Origin: Clostridia bacterium
GTDB taxonomy: Bacteria > Bacillota > Clostridia > Oscillospirales > Acutalibacteraceae
DNA: 31,214 nucleotides
Reading direction: 5' to 3'
NCBI GenBank assembly: GCA_017631745.1
Contig: JAGBSR010000063.1
Coordinates: forward strand, 1 to 31,214
In this document: one piece after another, positions 9,244 to 18,120 of the stretch
Position numbering within the stretch: position 1 is the stretch's first letter
Layout of the letters: every line of letters starts with the position of its first letter
Translations under genes and position numbers: made by a program
Notes under the pieces: generated by a model
Told to the model about the DNA's origin: nothing
The model's input: the letters and a program-made list of their open reading frames with translations, nothing else
Databases searched by the model: none

Positions 9244-12200
9244 TTATTTGGTTTTCACCGAAAGCACCGCGGAATATGCGCCGTAATATACATCCTCGCC
9301 TACAACGCGTACAGCCCTGACTTTGACCTTATAGGTTGTGGCTGCCTTGCGGTTGGTGAATGTGATAGAGTTGGTGTCTGTGGTATTATAGATGACATAT
9401 TTGCCCTTTGATGAGCTGTAAATTGCAACCTCATAATATGTGGCACCCGTGGTCTTTTTCCAGCTGAGCTTAAAGCTCTTGGAGGCAACCGATGAAGCCT
9501 TGAGACTTGTGACCTGCACGGGGTTTGTGGCAAACTTGAACGCCGATGAGGCTGTGCCTGCGGCAATCTCCTTGCCGTTCTTCATATATACACCCTTGAC
9601 CTTATAGCTGTAGGTCTTGCCTGCAGAAAGGCCTGTTACGGTGTAGCTCAGAGACTCGGTCTTGCCGATAATCTCATATTTCTTTGAGCTTGAGGAATAA
9701 CGGTATACATAGTAGTAATTGGCACCGGGAGTCTGATTCCAGGAAAGCTTATGAGATGTGGTCTTCACACTGCTGACAGACATTTTTTCAGGCTTAGCGG
9801 GCTTTGTGACCGCACTGACAGAGGTCATTGAGCCCTTGACGGTTGACGAGGAAAGCTTGATATAAGCTCTGATATAAAACTCATACTCACTGCCCTCGGA
9901 AAGTCCTGTGACCTTGTGAGATGTGCCTGTGGAGGTACCCACAAGAACATACTGTCCGTCTTCGAGAAGATAAATATTATAGCTGTCGGCATTTTCAACT
10001 GCGCTCCAGGTAAATTTCACTGTCTGAGTGTAAGCTGTTGCAGTGAAGTCTTTGACCTTGGCGGGAGTTGTTGCCGCAATGACCTCGGAGGAATATGCGC
10101 TTTCATATTTCTGAGTGCCCGATTTGTACACTGCCGTAATCTTATAGGTATCAATCTGACCGTAATCGAGACCGCCTATATGATAGGAGTTGTTGTCCAC
10201 CGTTGCAACAAGCTCATAGCCGTCGTCATTCAGGCGGTATACATTATAGGAAACCGCATCGGCAATCTTAGTCCATGAAAGCTTATATGAAGCTGACTTG
10301 ACATCGGTGACCTTTATATTTTCGGGTACGGGATAGTCGGTCATTGCACCTGCACTCTCGCTGAAATCGGAATAGACCGTCTTGCCGTTTTTCACGCCTA
10401 CTGCTTTTACGGCAAAGGTGTAATGCTTATTATAATACTGCACCGTTACGGTAGCCTGAGAATCTTCTGTAACAAGCTTTTCAACATATTTTTTCTTGGT
10501 GTCTGAATAAACATAAACGGCGTATTTGTCAGCACCCTCATTTTCCTGCCAGGAAAGAGTAACACTATTGCCCTTTACATAGTCAACGGTCAGGTCTTCA
10601 ACTGTACCGAGAGCCGTTGTGATTTTCACGCTTTTGCTGAAGTTGCCCGTCTGTGTGAGATATACGCCCTCAGCCACGGCAGCAACCTTTATTTCATAGT
10701 CGGTGAATTCACCCAGGTCGCCGAGAGTATAGACAACATCCTCTGTCTCGCCTACTAAGATATTTTCCTTTCCGCTGACAATATAGATATTGTAATAGCT
10801 TGCACCCTGAGCATCAGCCCAGCTGAGCTTGACTTCATTCACACCGATACTGTCGCATTTAAAGGAGGTTACGGTTTCGGGAAGAGTCATTGCATTTACA
10901 GGTACCGATGTCTCCGACACACAGCCGCCCTTTACCGCCGCAACAGCATAGGTCTTTTCCTCGCCTGCTTCAAGGTCTGTAACGGTGAAGCTGTTTGTCT
11001 TTGAGGTTGCAAGGAAGGTAGCATTTTTGCCTGCCATTGTATATATCTCGTATGAATCTGCACCGGGAGATTTTTCCCACACGAGAGTGTATGAATCGGA
11101 ACCGACTTCAACTACACCGAGGTTTGCGGGAATTTCGGGTGCTTCTGCGAGAGTTACCGCATCGGAATATTCACCGTAGACAACACTGCCGCCTTCATCG
11201 CTGTAGGCTCTGATGTAATATCTGTCGAAGTCGAGAGAATACTTATCAATAAGAGTGTAGCTGCAGCCCTCAAGAGCGTCTGCAATTTCAACATATTCAC
11301 CCTCGGCAACATTATAGCCGTAAATGATATAGCCTGTGCAGTAGCTGACCTCGTCCCAGGAAAATCTTACATCACTGCCCACGGCTTCAGCCTTGAAGAG
11401 AGTGATTTTATCCGGTGTGTGGGATACACCGTCGGTTGCGCTGTGAATAACAGCACTCGGAGAATAAACACTGACAACGGACTTATCAAGCAGAGCTCTG
11501 ACACTGACAGTGTAGCGCTGACCCTTTCTCAGGCCCGAGAAAACAGCTGAGGGTGAGGCTGATGAGGTGTTGGCGATGATGTTGCCTTTTTCGTCACAGA
11601 TGCCGAAGGCGTATTTCTCTGCACCTATCATTTCATCGCAGGTGATTCTGATATTTGTATCATCCGATGAAAGTCTGAGATTCTGCGGTTTTGCAACCTC
11701 CTCATCGGATACAATATATTTTACAATGTCGTATCTTCCTACTGAGTCGTAGGCAGTAAGATGAACTGTGCCGCTTTTAAGGAAGCTGACTGTATTTTTC
11801 GATGTTACCTTTGCAATGGCACTGTTTGATGACACAAGAGCCATTTCAGTTTCATTGCCTGCAAACCAGCCTATCTCGTGCTCACCGATACCCACAGAGG
11901 TATATGAGGTATAGGTGACGAAATCCTCAGGCACATAGCCCGTATAAGATTTGGAGTTGTAGGTGAACTTGATTTCCACCCAATGAGGATATTTCAGCTG
12001 ATTGATGTAGTATTTTGAATCGGTGAAGGTCTTGGAGAGAATTTTCACCTCGTGACCCGATGTAAGGCGGATAATGTTGCCACTTTTATCGCTGAGCTGT
12101 GCGTTGTTGGTAGAAGGTCCCGTGCGCACATAACAGCTGCTCTGCTGAATGATAGCATTCTGCACAAGGCTGTCGGCATTGGATGCCTTCTGGGATGTCA

Positions 12201-13278
12201 TATCCTCTGAGGGCATATTTTTATAAACGGGAATTGAGAAAATATAGGTCTGATAAAGGTTGCCTGTTTTGGCGTAAGCGGTGTAGCTTGTATAGCCCTG
12301 AGAGCAGGCACCCGTGAGGTTAGTCATATACTGATGAGTGTAAAGTGAGCCCGTAGCCTTATTGACATTGAACTTCTGAAGATAGCCCGTAAACTGACCC
12401 TTTGCGATATACTTTTCGACTATGTACGCCGCACCGCCCTTAATGGATTTGGCGGGCGTAGTCCAGGGTCTTTTATAGGTTGTGCCGCCTGAAGCCCACT
12501 CGAGACCTCGGGTTATTGCGCCGGCACCGTCTGTGGCGCCGATGTTGTAGAAATTATATATGCCCGGATAAACCGAATGAGTACCCGACACGCTTGCACT
12601 GCCGTCTGCACCTACCTCATTTCTGATTTTTGAAGCAAGATAGCAGGGGTTTACATTGTTTTCCTGACCTGCCTCAAAAATCACCTGAGCATAGGTCTTG
12701 GAGCTTTTTTCCTTTTCTCCCTCGGCTGTGTAGTAGGTAATTTTTGTGTCATACATAAATGTGCCCTTGAGCACACTTTCAACATCCTCCATTGTTACGG
12801 CATCACTGAAGGTCAGCTTCTCAAACTGAAAGATACCCTCTTCATTGAGGAAATTTCTCGGGTCCATATAATATTCAACAGCAAGACGGTTAGCCACAAC
12901 GAAGCCGCCGTCTTTCTCGATATACTTATCCGTAGACTGATTATAGTGGCCCGATTCCTTGCTCTTGAGGTTTTCACTTGCAGCGCTGTCGCTTATAAGA
13001 TTTTTTATACCCCACTGATTGTCTATAACGGTATCCCACTCAAGGTCAGTTTCAAATGCTTCAAAAACCCAGTCGGGATATTTTTCGTGAAGCTCACGCA
13101 GATAGGGCTTGTAGCTTTCGGGGAAATCTGCAATGCTCGCCTCAAAATCCTCTGATGCTGTGCTCACTTCAAGGTTGTCTTCAACAGCATAAGACAAAAG
13201 ACCTGCACCCGCAGATAAGACTATTGCGAGTGTGAGAGTCATTATAAGCAAAACCAGTCTGTTTTTATATTTAAACAT
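9244..13278 (-). CDS. Secreted cell-wall hydrolase-like protein: glucosaminidase (GH73-like) + SH3-like + multiple FN3 domains, 1344 aa
   Basis: Signal peptide; YYMDPRNFL, SKIRNEVG, GIYNFYNIGA, HQYMTN motifs; YVRTGPS SH3b-like; repeated W...Y..Y...L..G..Y...V.A FN3 patterns. Start placed at ATG 13278 after AAGGA. Confidence 0.75.
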   Translation of the reverse strand: MFKYKNRLVLLIMTLTLAIVLSAGAGLLSYAVEDNLEVSTASEDFEASIADFPESYKPYLRELHEKYPDWVFEAFETDLEWDTVIDNQWGIKNLISDSAASENLKSKESGHYNQSTDKYIEKDGGFVVANRLAVEYYMDPRNFLNEEGIFQFEKLTFSDAVTMEDVESVLKGTFMYDTKITYYTAEGEKEKSSKTYAQVIFEAGQENNVNPCYLASKIRNEVGADGSASVSGTHSVYPGIYNFYNIGATDGAGAITRGLEWASGGTTYKRPWTTPAKSIKGGAAYIVEKYIAKGQFTGYLQKFNVNKATGSLYTHQYMTNLTGACSQGYTSYTAYAKTGNLYQTYIFSIPVYKNMPSEDMTSQKASNADSLVQNAIIQQSSCYVRTGPSTNNAQLSDKSGNIIRLTSGHEVKILSKTFTDSKYYINQLKYPHWVEIKFTYNSKSYTGYVPEDFVTYTSYTSVGIGEHEIGWFAGNETEMALVSSNSAIAKVTSKNTVSFLKSGTVHLTAYDSVGRYDIVKYIVSDEEVAKPQNLRLSSDDTNIRITCDEMIGAEKYAFGICDEKGNIIANTSSASPSAVFSGLRKGQRYTVSVRALLDKSVVSVYSPSAVIHSATDGVSHTPDKITLFKAEAVGSDVRFSWDEVSYCTGYIIYGYNVAEGEYVEIADALEGCSYTLIDKYSLDFDRYYIRAYSDEGGSVVYGEYSDAVTLAEAPEIPANLGVVEVGSDSYTLVWEKSPGADSYEIYTMAGKNATFLATSKTNSFTVTDLEAGEEKTYAVAAVKGGCVSETSVPVNAMTLPETVTSFKCDSIGVNEVKLSWADAQGASYYNIYIVSGKENILVGETEDVVYTLGDLGEFTDYEIKVAAVAEGVYLTQTGNFSKSVKITTALGTVEDLTVDYVKGNSVTLSWQENEGADKYAVYVYSDTKKKYVEKLVTEDSQATVTVQYYNKHYTFAVKAVGVKNGKTVYSDFSESAGAMTDYPVPENIKVTDVKSASYKLSWTKIADAVSYNVYRLNDDGYELVATVDNNSYHIGGLDYGQIDTYKITAVYKSGTQKYESAYSSEVIAATTPAKVKDFTATAYTQTVKFTWSAVENADSYNIYLLEDGQYVLVGTSTGTSHKVTGLSEGSEYEFYIRAYIKLSSSTVKGSMTSVSAVTKPAKPEKMSVSSVKTTSHKLSWNQTPGANYYYVYRYSSSSKKYEIIGKTESLSYTVTGLSAGKTYSYKVKGVYMKNGKEIAAGTASSAFKFATNPVQVTSLKASSVASKSFKLSWKKTTGATYYEVAIYSSSKGKYVIYNTTDTNSITFTNRKAATTYKVKVRAVRVVGEDVYYGAYSAVLSVKTK

Positions 13279-13385
13279 AATTTCATTCCTTTGCTTGGAA
13301 AAATCCATTATAATTTTATCAAAAAAAGTCAAATTTTGCAACCTTAATCATTACAAATTAAAACTTTGTTATTACAAATTTAATA

Positions 13386-13414
13386 TTGAAAAACCTTGGC
13401 AGTGTGTATATAAT
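13386..13414 (+). promoter_or_regulatory. Putative sigma-A promoter of the CCA-adding enzyme gene
   Basis: TTGAAA-17 nt-TATAAT. Confidence 0.6.
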
Positions 13415-13437
13415 AAAACAGAAACGAGGTGATTTTA

Positions 13438-14766
13438 ATGCTGATACCCGAAAAAGCACAGATAATATTTCAACTGCTCTCAAATGCAGGCTATGAGTGC
13501 TTTCTTGTAGGCGGATGTGTAAGAGATATGCTCATGGGTAAAGAGCCCCACGATATTGACATCACTACCAACGCCCTGCCCGAAGAGACCAAGGCTGTCT
13601 TTTCAGCTTTTCATACCCTTGATATCGGCATTAAGCACGGCACAATAACTGTTATTATTGACGGTGAGCCTATTGAAATCACCACCTACCGCACCGAAAG
13701 TGAATACACCGACGGCAGACACCCCGACAGGGTTACCTTCACAGCAAATATAAAAGATGACTTATCACGAAGAGATTTTACCTGTAATGCTATCGCATAT
13801 AATCCTGCCGTCGGCCTGGTTGACCCCTTCGGCGGAATGGCTGACATTGAAAGCAAAACACTTCGATGCGTGGGCATTGCCGAAGAGAGATTCAGAGAGG
13901 ATTCCCTGAGAATTCTGCGTGCACTTAGATTTGCAAGCTGTCTCGGCTTCGACATTGAAGATGACACCGCCAAAGCCATGTACACCTGCCGTGAGCTGAT
14001 AAATATCGTCTCTCCCGAGAGAATTTACACCGAGATTTCAAAGCTTATCTGCGGTAAAAATGCAGGTGAGATAATCTCCCTTTATTCCGACATTCTGGCT
14101 GTACCACTGCCTGAAATCAAAGATATGAAAGGCTTTCAGCAGCACAATTTTCATCATATATACGATGTTTTAAATCACACAGCTAAGGTGGTTGACTCTG
14201 TCTCCCCTGCCGCAACATTAAGGCTCGCTGCCCTCTTTCACGATTGCGGAAAGCCCGACTGCTTCAGCATCGACGAAAATGGTGTTGGGCATTTCTACTC
14301 CCACGCTTCGATATCTGCAAGAAAGGCAAACGAGGCACTGCTGAGACTTCGCTGTGACAACGCCACAAGAGAAAAAGTCGTAAAGCTGGTCAAAATCCAC
14401 GACTCACCTATTGAGCCTGACAGCAAGACTGTCAAGAAAAAGCTTCAGAAATACGGTGAGGAGATATTCTTTGACCTGATTAAGCTTCAGCGAGCAGACA
14501 ACAAAGGACTCTCTCCTGAGTTTCTTTATCGGCAGGAAACCTATGACAAGCTTGAAGAAATTGCGAGGCAGGTCATAGAGGAAAATCAGTGCTTTTCGCT
14601 GAAAGATTTAGCCGTGAACGGCAGAGATATGATAGATCTCGGACTTAAGGGAAAAGACATCGGACTTGCTCTCGACCTGCTTTTAAAGGCTGTTATTGAG
14701 GAGCAATGTCAAAATGACAGAGAGTCGCTATTGATATATTATCATAGGAATGTGAAATCTGTATAA
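13438..14766 (+). CDS. cca: tRNA nucleotidyltransferase (CCA-adding enzyme, class II) with HD domain
   Basis: GGCVRDML, DIDITT, DLSRRDFTCNAIA, EDSLRILRALRF, ALFHDCGKP. ATG 13438 follows GAGGTG. CCA-adding versus poly(A) or partial specificity cannot be settled by eye. Confidence 0.8.
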   Translation: MLIPEKAQIIFQLLSNAGYECFLVGGCVRDMLMGKEPHDIDITTNALPEETKAVFSAFHTLDIGIKHGTITVIIDGEPIEITTYRTESEYTDGRHPDRVTFTANIKDDLSRRDFTCNAIAYNPAVGLVDPFGGMADIESKTLRCVGIAEERFREDSLRILRALRFASCLGFDIEDDTAKAMYTCRELINIVSPERIYTEISKLICGKNAGEIISLYSDILAVPLPEIKDMKGFQQHNFHHIYDVLNHTAKVVDSVSPAATLRLAALFHDCGKPDCFSIDENGVGHFYSHASISARKANEALLRLRCDNATREKVVKLVKIHDSPIEPDSKTVKKKLQKYGEEIFFDLIKLQRADNKGLSPEFLYRQETYDKLEEIARQVIEENQCFSLKDLAVNGRDMIDLGLKGKDIGLALDLLLKAVIEEQCQNDRESLLIYYHRNVKSV

Positions 14767-14771
14767 AATTC

Positions 14772-14800
14772 AAGAGCAGCCGTTGAGGTTGCTCTTTTTT
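14772..14800 (+). terminator. Intrinsic terminator of cca
   Basis: AAGAGCAGCC-GTTGA-GGTTGCTCTT followed by a T tract. Confidence 0.8.
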
Positions 14801-14814
14801 ATTTAACGAACAGC

Positions 14815-14915
14815 CTGAGGGCGGGTGCGGCGGCTCCATACCCGAACTGCGTTCGGGTCGGCTACTGCTGTAGCCGTAAATCGCGCAGCGATTTAATGGA
14901 GCCGCCTCCCACCTT
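14815..14915. repeat. Four-way-junction palindromic element, copy E3 (inverted relative to E1 and E2)
   Basis: Stem GGCGGCTCCAT/ATGGAGCCGCC (14829-14839/14896-14906) encloses three abutting hairpins (loops TGC, TGCT, GCA). Confidence 0.8.
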
Positions 14916-14939
14916 TACCGAAACCTCCCCCGTATACAC

Positions 14940-14969
14940 AAAAAGACAGCCTGATTATCAGACTGTCTT
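14940..14969 (-). terminator. Terminator hairpin for the GH27 gene
   Basis: Minus strand AAGACAGTCTGAT-A-ATCAGGCTGTCTT followed by further Ts. Confidence 0.65.
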
Positions 14970-14983
14970 AATTTTATATTGTT

Positions 14984-15040
14984 GCCCTCGCCGGGCGGGC
15001 GTTACTTTTTGCTGCCGCACAAAAAGCAACCAAAAATGCG
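14984..15040. repeat. Intergenic palindrome (GTTACTTTTTG...CAAAAAGCAAC type)
   Basis: Hairpins GCCC-TCGCC-GGGC and GTTACTTTTTG...CAAAAAGCAAC; single copy in this window. Confidence 0.4.
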
Positions 15041-15058
15041 GAGATGCTTTTTGCTTTT

Positions 15059-16708
15059 TTACTTTACAATATACACCTTTACGCCGTGAGCTTCGGGAGC
15101 CGCACTTATCATAGTTGTGCCCTCGCTATACTTGTTGTCCCACACATCGTGAACACTGTAGCCCTCTTTTTTGGGAAGACTTACATAGCCGAGGTTTGCG
15201 ATATCCTTGAGCTTGATTTCGGTGCCGTTTTCTTTATTCGTCTTGTTGAAAACACAGATAGCTACAGCGTTGTCCTTAAGAGGCTTAACAAGCACATCAA
15301 CAAGGCCTTTCTTGAATCTTCTGCACTGAATACCTAAGGGATCCTGATTGATAGCGATCATATCCTTGTTGGTGAGAATCTTGTAAACTGCATTTTCTTT
15401 GTCAACTGTGCCGTCGGGAAGAATGAACTTTCTTATGTCATTGCCAAGGATAAGAGGAGCATTCATCATACACCACAGCGAGAAGTGGGCCTTGTTTTCT
15501 TCCTGAGTCAGGTCGCCGTTACCGACTTCAAGCATATCAGGGTCATTCCACGCACCGGGTACCGAGTATTTATAAAGGTTGACGGTAAACTCATAGAGAG
15601 CGAGAATTGACACCCACTTAGCCTGAATATCACCTGTTGTTCTCCAGAGATTACCTGCTTCAGCGCCCCATTTCCAAGGCTGATTGAAGCCCCACTCGCA
15701 GATTGAGAAGATGATGGGCTTTTCCTGTGTACCGTTCTTTTCAGCGTAAAGCTTAGTTGCTCTCTTGAGCTCTCTGCCCATGAGCTTATACTGCATAGCA
15801 GCAGAGTCCATACGTGATTTTATAGGGTTTTCGAGCACAACTGTATTTGTGCCTTTTTCGAGATATACATTCGTCTGAAGCTTACCCTCAGGTGTCCAGT
15901 TTTTACGGCTGACACAATAGATATGATATTCTTCTTTGCCGTTTATAACAGCTCGGATGAACTTCTCTTTGCGCTCATATTTTCTTATGTCAAGGTGAAG
16001 TATGTACTCCCCTGCTTCTTCAGCTTCTACCTCGAGAGAGAGACTGCCAAGACCGCAGTCAAGACCTGCAATATAGTTACCTGTGTCAACTTTTTCGTCA
16101 GGTACAATGTAAGCGTCACCGTTTAATTTCACATCTTTTGAGGTAAAGTAAGCGAAGGTCTCACCTGCACCCTCTTTTGCAAAACCGACACCGATTATCC
16201 ACGGTGCTATCTGAGGAATGGGTACATTGTGGCAGAAGTCATATTTGAAATATTCGATGCCCCATGAAGCAAAGGTTTCAGCATCAATTCTCTCGTTACG
16301 AAGCGATGCAGGATAATCTTCACAGGTGTGTGTACCGTTTGAAGAGTAAATGCCGAGCTTGACGCCGCGGCTGTTGACATATTCGGTCAGAGCTTTGATA
16401 CCGCCGGGGAAATTGACCTTATCACACTGTAATCTTCCGTTTATGTCTCTTTCACTTGCCTGCCAGCAGTCGTCGATGTTGACATATTGGTAACCTGCAT
16501 CAACAAGACCGCTGTCAGCCATAGCATCTGCGATTTCTTTGATAAGATTTTCGCTGATTTTGTGTCGGAAAAGATTCCAGCTTGACCAACCCATAGGAGG
16601 TGTCATCGCTACGCCGTTATTATATGAGCCTTTGCTGACCTGACTTACCTGAGTTTTTCCGATGATTTTTTTAGCGATGCAGATAGGACAAAATTTCTTG
16701 TTTTTCAT
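15059..16708 (-). CDS. Alpha-galactosidase, GH27, with an inserted carbohydrate-binding-like module
   Basis: TPPMGWSSWN, YVNIDDCWQ, YFKYDFC (nucleophile), WRTTGDI (acid/base), WNDPDMLEVGN, HFSLWCMMNAPLILGND. Confidence 0.92.
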   Translation of the reverse strand: MKNKKFCPICIAKKIIGKTQVSQVSKGSYNNGVAMTPPMGWSSWNLFRHKISENLIKEIADAMADSGLVDAGYQYVNIDDCWQASERDINGRLQCDKVNFPGGIKALTEYVNSRGVKLGIYSSNGTHTCEDYPASLRNERIDAETFASWGIEYFKYDFCHNVPIPQIAPWIIGVGFAKEGAGETFAYFTSKDVKLNGDAYIVPDEKVDTGNYIAGLDCGLGSLSLEVEAEEAGEYILHLDIRKYERKEKFIRAVINGKEEYHIYCVSRKNWTPEGKLQTNVYLEKGTNTVVLENPIKSRMDSAAMQYKLMGRELKRATKLYAEKNGTQEKPIIFSICEWGFNQPWKWGAEAGNLWRTTGDIQAKWVSILALYEFTVNLYKYSVPGAWNDPDMLEVGNGDLTQEENKAHFSLWCMMNAPLILGNDIRKFILPDGTVDKENAVYKILTNKDMIAINQDPLGIQCRRFKKGLVDVLVKPLKDNAVAICVFNKTNKENGTEIKLKDIANLGYVSLPKKEGYSVHDVWDNKYSEGTTMISAAPEAHGVKVYIVK

Positions 16709-16763
16709 ACATATATCTCCTTTTAAATAAAATTAGTTTCGTAGCAAATGATGATCTGTTATA

Positions 16764-17076
16764 AATGCAGAATGCAAAATGCAAAATGCAAAATTGCGGT
16801 CGCGGGTGAACAGGTATTAATCTATAGCTTTCTTCCGCAGAGTCAGTCGGGTTAAAATACCAACCGCCGACGATTTTATTAATCTGTTGTAGCCACGGCA
16901 GTTTGGCGGTGCATTGCTTGATTTTTACATCTGACTTCAGGCGGATACAATCGGAGCGAAGCGCCCCCCTATACAATGCACTGAAAGTGCCACGTTATCT
17001 CGTCTCACCTGAAAGGGGCGATGTCACGAAGTGACAGAGGGGTTTATTCTGCACTCTGCATTTTGCATTCTGCATT
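16764..17076. mobile_element. Non-coding MITE-like element with AATGCA(G/A) heptamer inverted arms, copy A
   Basis: 31-nt inverted arms 16764-16794/17046-17076; core blocks match 29490-29720 in reverse complement. Mobility is inferred only from the dispersed second copy. Confidence 0.6.
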
Positions 17077-17109
17077 CATAAAGCCTACCGTAATTTTATG
17101 CACAAGCTT

Positions 17110-18120
17110 TTATATAAAGGCTGCGCTTTTCATAATGAACACCACAGCAAACATACTGAATACCGATAAGATGCTTGTCCAGACCACAAGCTGACCTGCA
17201 AGCTGTTCGTCGCCGCCTATTTCGCTGACCATAACCGCACTTGATACGGCAACGGGAGTCGAAAACAAAGCGATAATGCCCGGGTACTCCGTGGCGGTAA
17301 AATCGAGCACCCCTAAAATGTCAAGAAGCACCGCACCGCCGACACCCACCAAAGGCGCAACAACGAGTCTTAGTACCACTGCCGAAGAGATAGGCTTGAT
17401 GAGGCTTTTTACAGCCGCAAAATCAAATCTTGCGCCGAGCACCACAAGAGCAAGAGGTGACGCCACCTTAGCAAGATTTGACACAGCCTCATAGATAAAG
17501 GGCAGGTCGTTTTTCACCGAAAACACAAGCTGACCAGCTTCATCCAAGGGGATAAAGCTTCTTATAATCAGCACAATTATACCGAGTCCCACACCTCTGA
17601 TGAGAGGATTTTTAGCGGCGCTTTTAAGTGTGCTTTTTATATCGGGATTTGTATTTTTATCTGAATAGTGTGAAAGTATCATAACCGCAAGGACATTAAA
17701 AAGCGGAATTGATACAGCCGAAAGCACACCTGCAAAGGCAAGAGCCTGAGCCGAGCCTAAGGATTCGGCAAGAGGTATGCCGATAATGGCGTAGTTTGAC
17801 CTGAAGGTGCACTGATTTATTACGCCCTTCTGAGCTCTGTGCTGTGAGAAAAGCTTAGCACTTAAATAGCCTATAAGGCACAGAATAAGTATCACCGCAA
17901 CGCAGTAAAAAAGAGCTGACACATTTATCTCGGATATGGATTTTATATCATAGACATTTTTAAACAGCAATATAGGCAGGAACACCTTAAAAACCATAGT
18001 GTTGCACTTTTTAAAGAAGCTGTCGTCAAAGAGCTTTGTCAGCTTTATTATATACCCTGCCACGGCAAGAAGCAATATAGGTGCCACGGCATTGAAAGAA
18101 AAAGAAAAAACTTCAAGCAT
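17110..18120 (-). CDS. AEC family (auxin efflux carrier-like) transporter
   Basis: FKVFLPILLF, FRSNYAIIGIP, PLALVVLGA, PVAVSSAVM motifs; about ten TM segments. Confidence 0.88.
   Translation of the reverse strand: MLEVFSFSFNAVAPILLLAVAGYIIKLTKLFDDSFFKKCNTMVFKVFLPILLFKNVYDIKSISEINVSALFYCVAVILILCLIGYLSAKLFSQHRAQKGVINQCTFRSNYAIIGIPLAESLGSAQALAFAGVLSAVSIPLFNVLAVMILSHYSDKNTNPDIKSTLKSAAKNPLIRGVGLGIIVLIIRSFIPLDEAGQLVFSVKNDLPFIYEAVSNLAKVASPLALVVLGARFDFAAVKSLIKPISSAVVLRLVVAPLVGVGGAVLLDILGVLDFTATEYPGIIALFSTPVAVSSAVMVSEIGGDEQLAGQLVVWTSILSVFSMFAVVFIMKSAAFI

Noticed and set aside
9210-9245. GC-rich hairpin after the FN3 autolysin gene as a possible fourth junction element
   Set aside because: Only a short AGCCC/GGGCT stem with no three-arm interior; more likely a weak terminator.
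14829-14911. Cloverleaf followed by TC-CCA just downstream of the CCA-adding enzyme, suggesting a tRNA or tRNA mimic (E1 also ends stem-TC-CCA)
   Set aside because: Loops are 3-4 nt with no D, anticodon or T loop; the stem is 11-12 bp; the CCA is part of the CCCAC flank; and E3 lies beyond the cca terminator.
16764-16794. Heptamer tandem repeats as a CRISPR-like array
   Set aside because: Units are 7 nt with no spacers, and no cas genes are present.
16671-16976. ORFs 16671..16976(-) and 29508..29822(+) share a peptide motif (GGWxFNPTDSAEE...HPRPQFCILHFAFCI)
   Set aside because: They are translations of the two repeat copies. The core differences are non-synonymous (GTC/GAC, TAT/CAT, AGC/ACT), the starts are not homologous and no RBS was seen.
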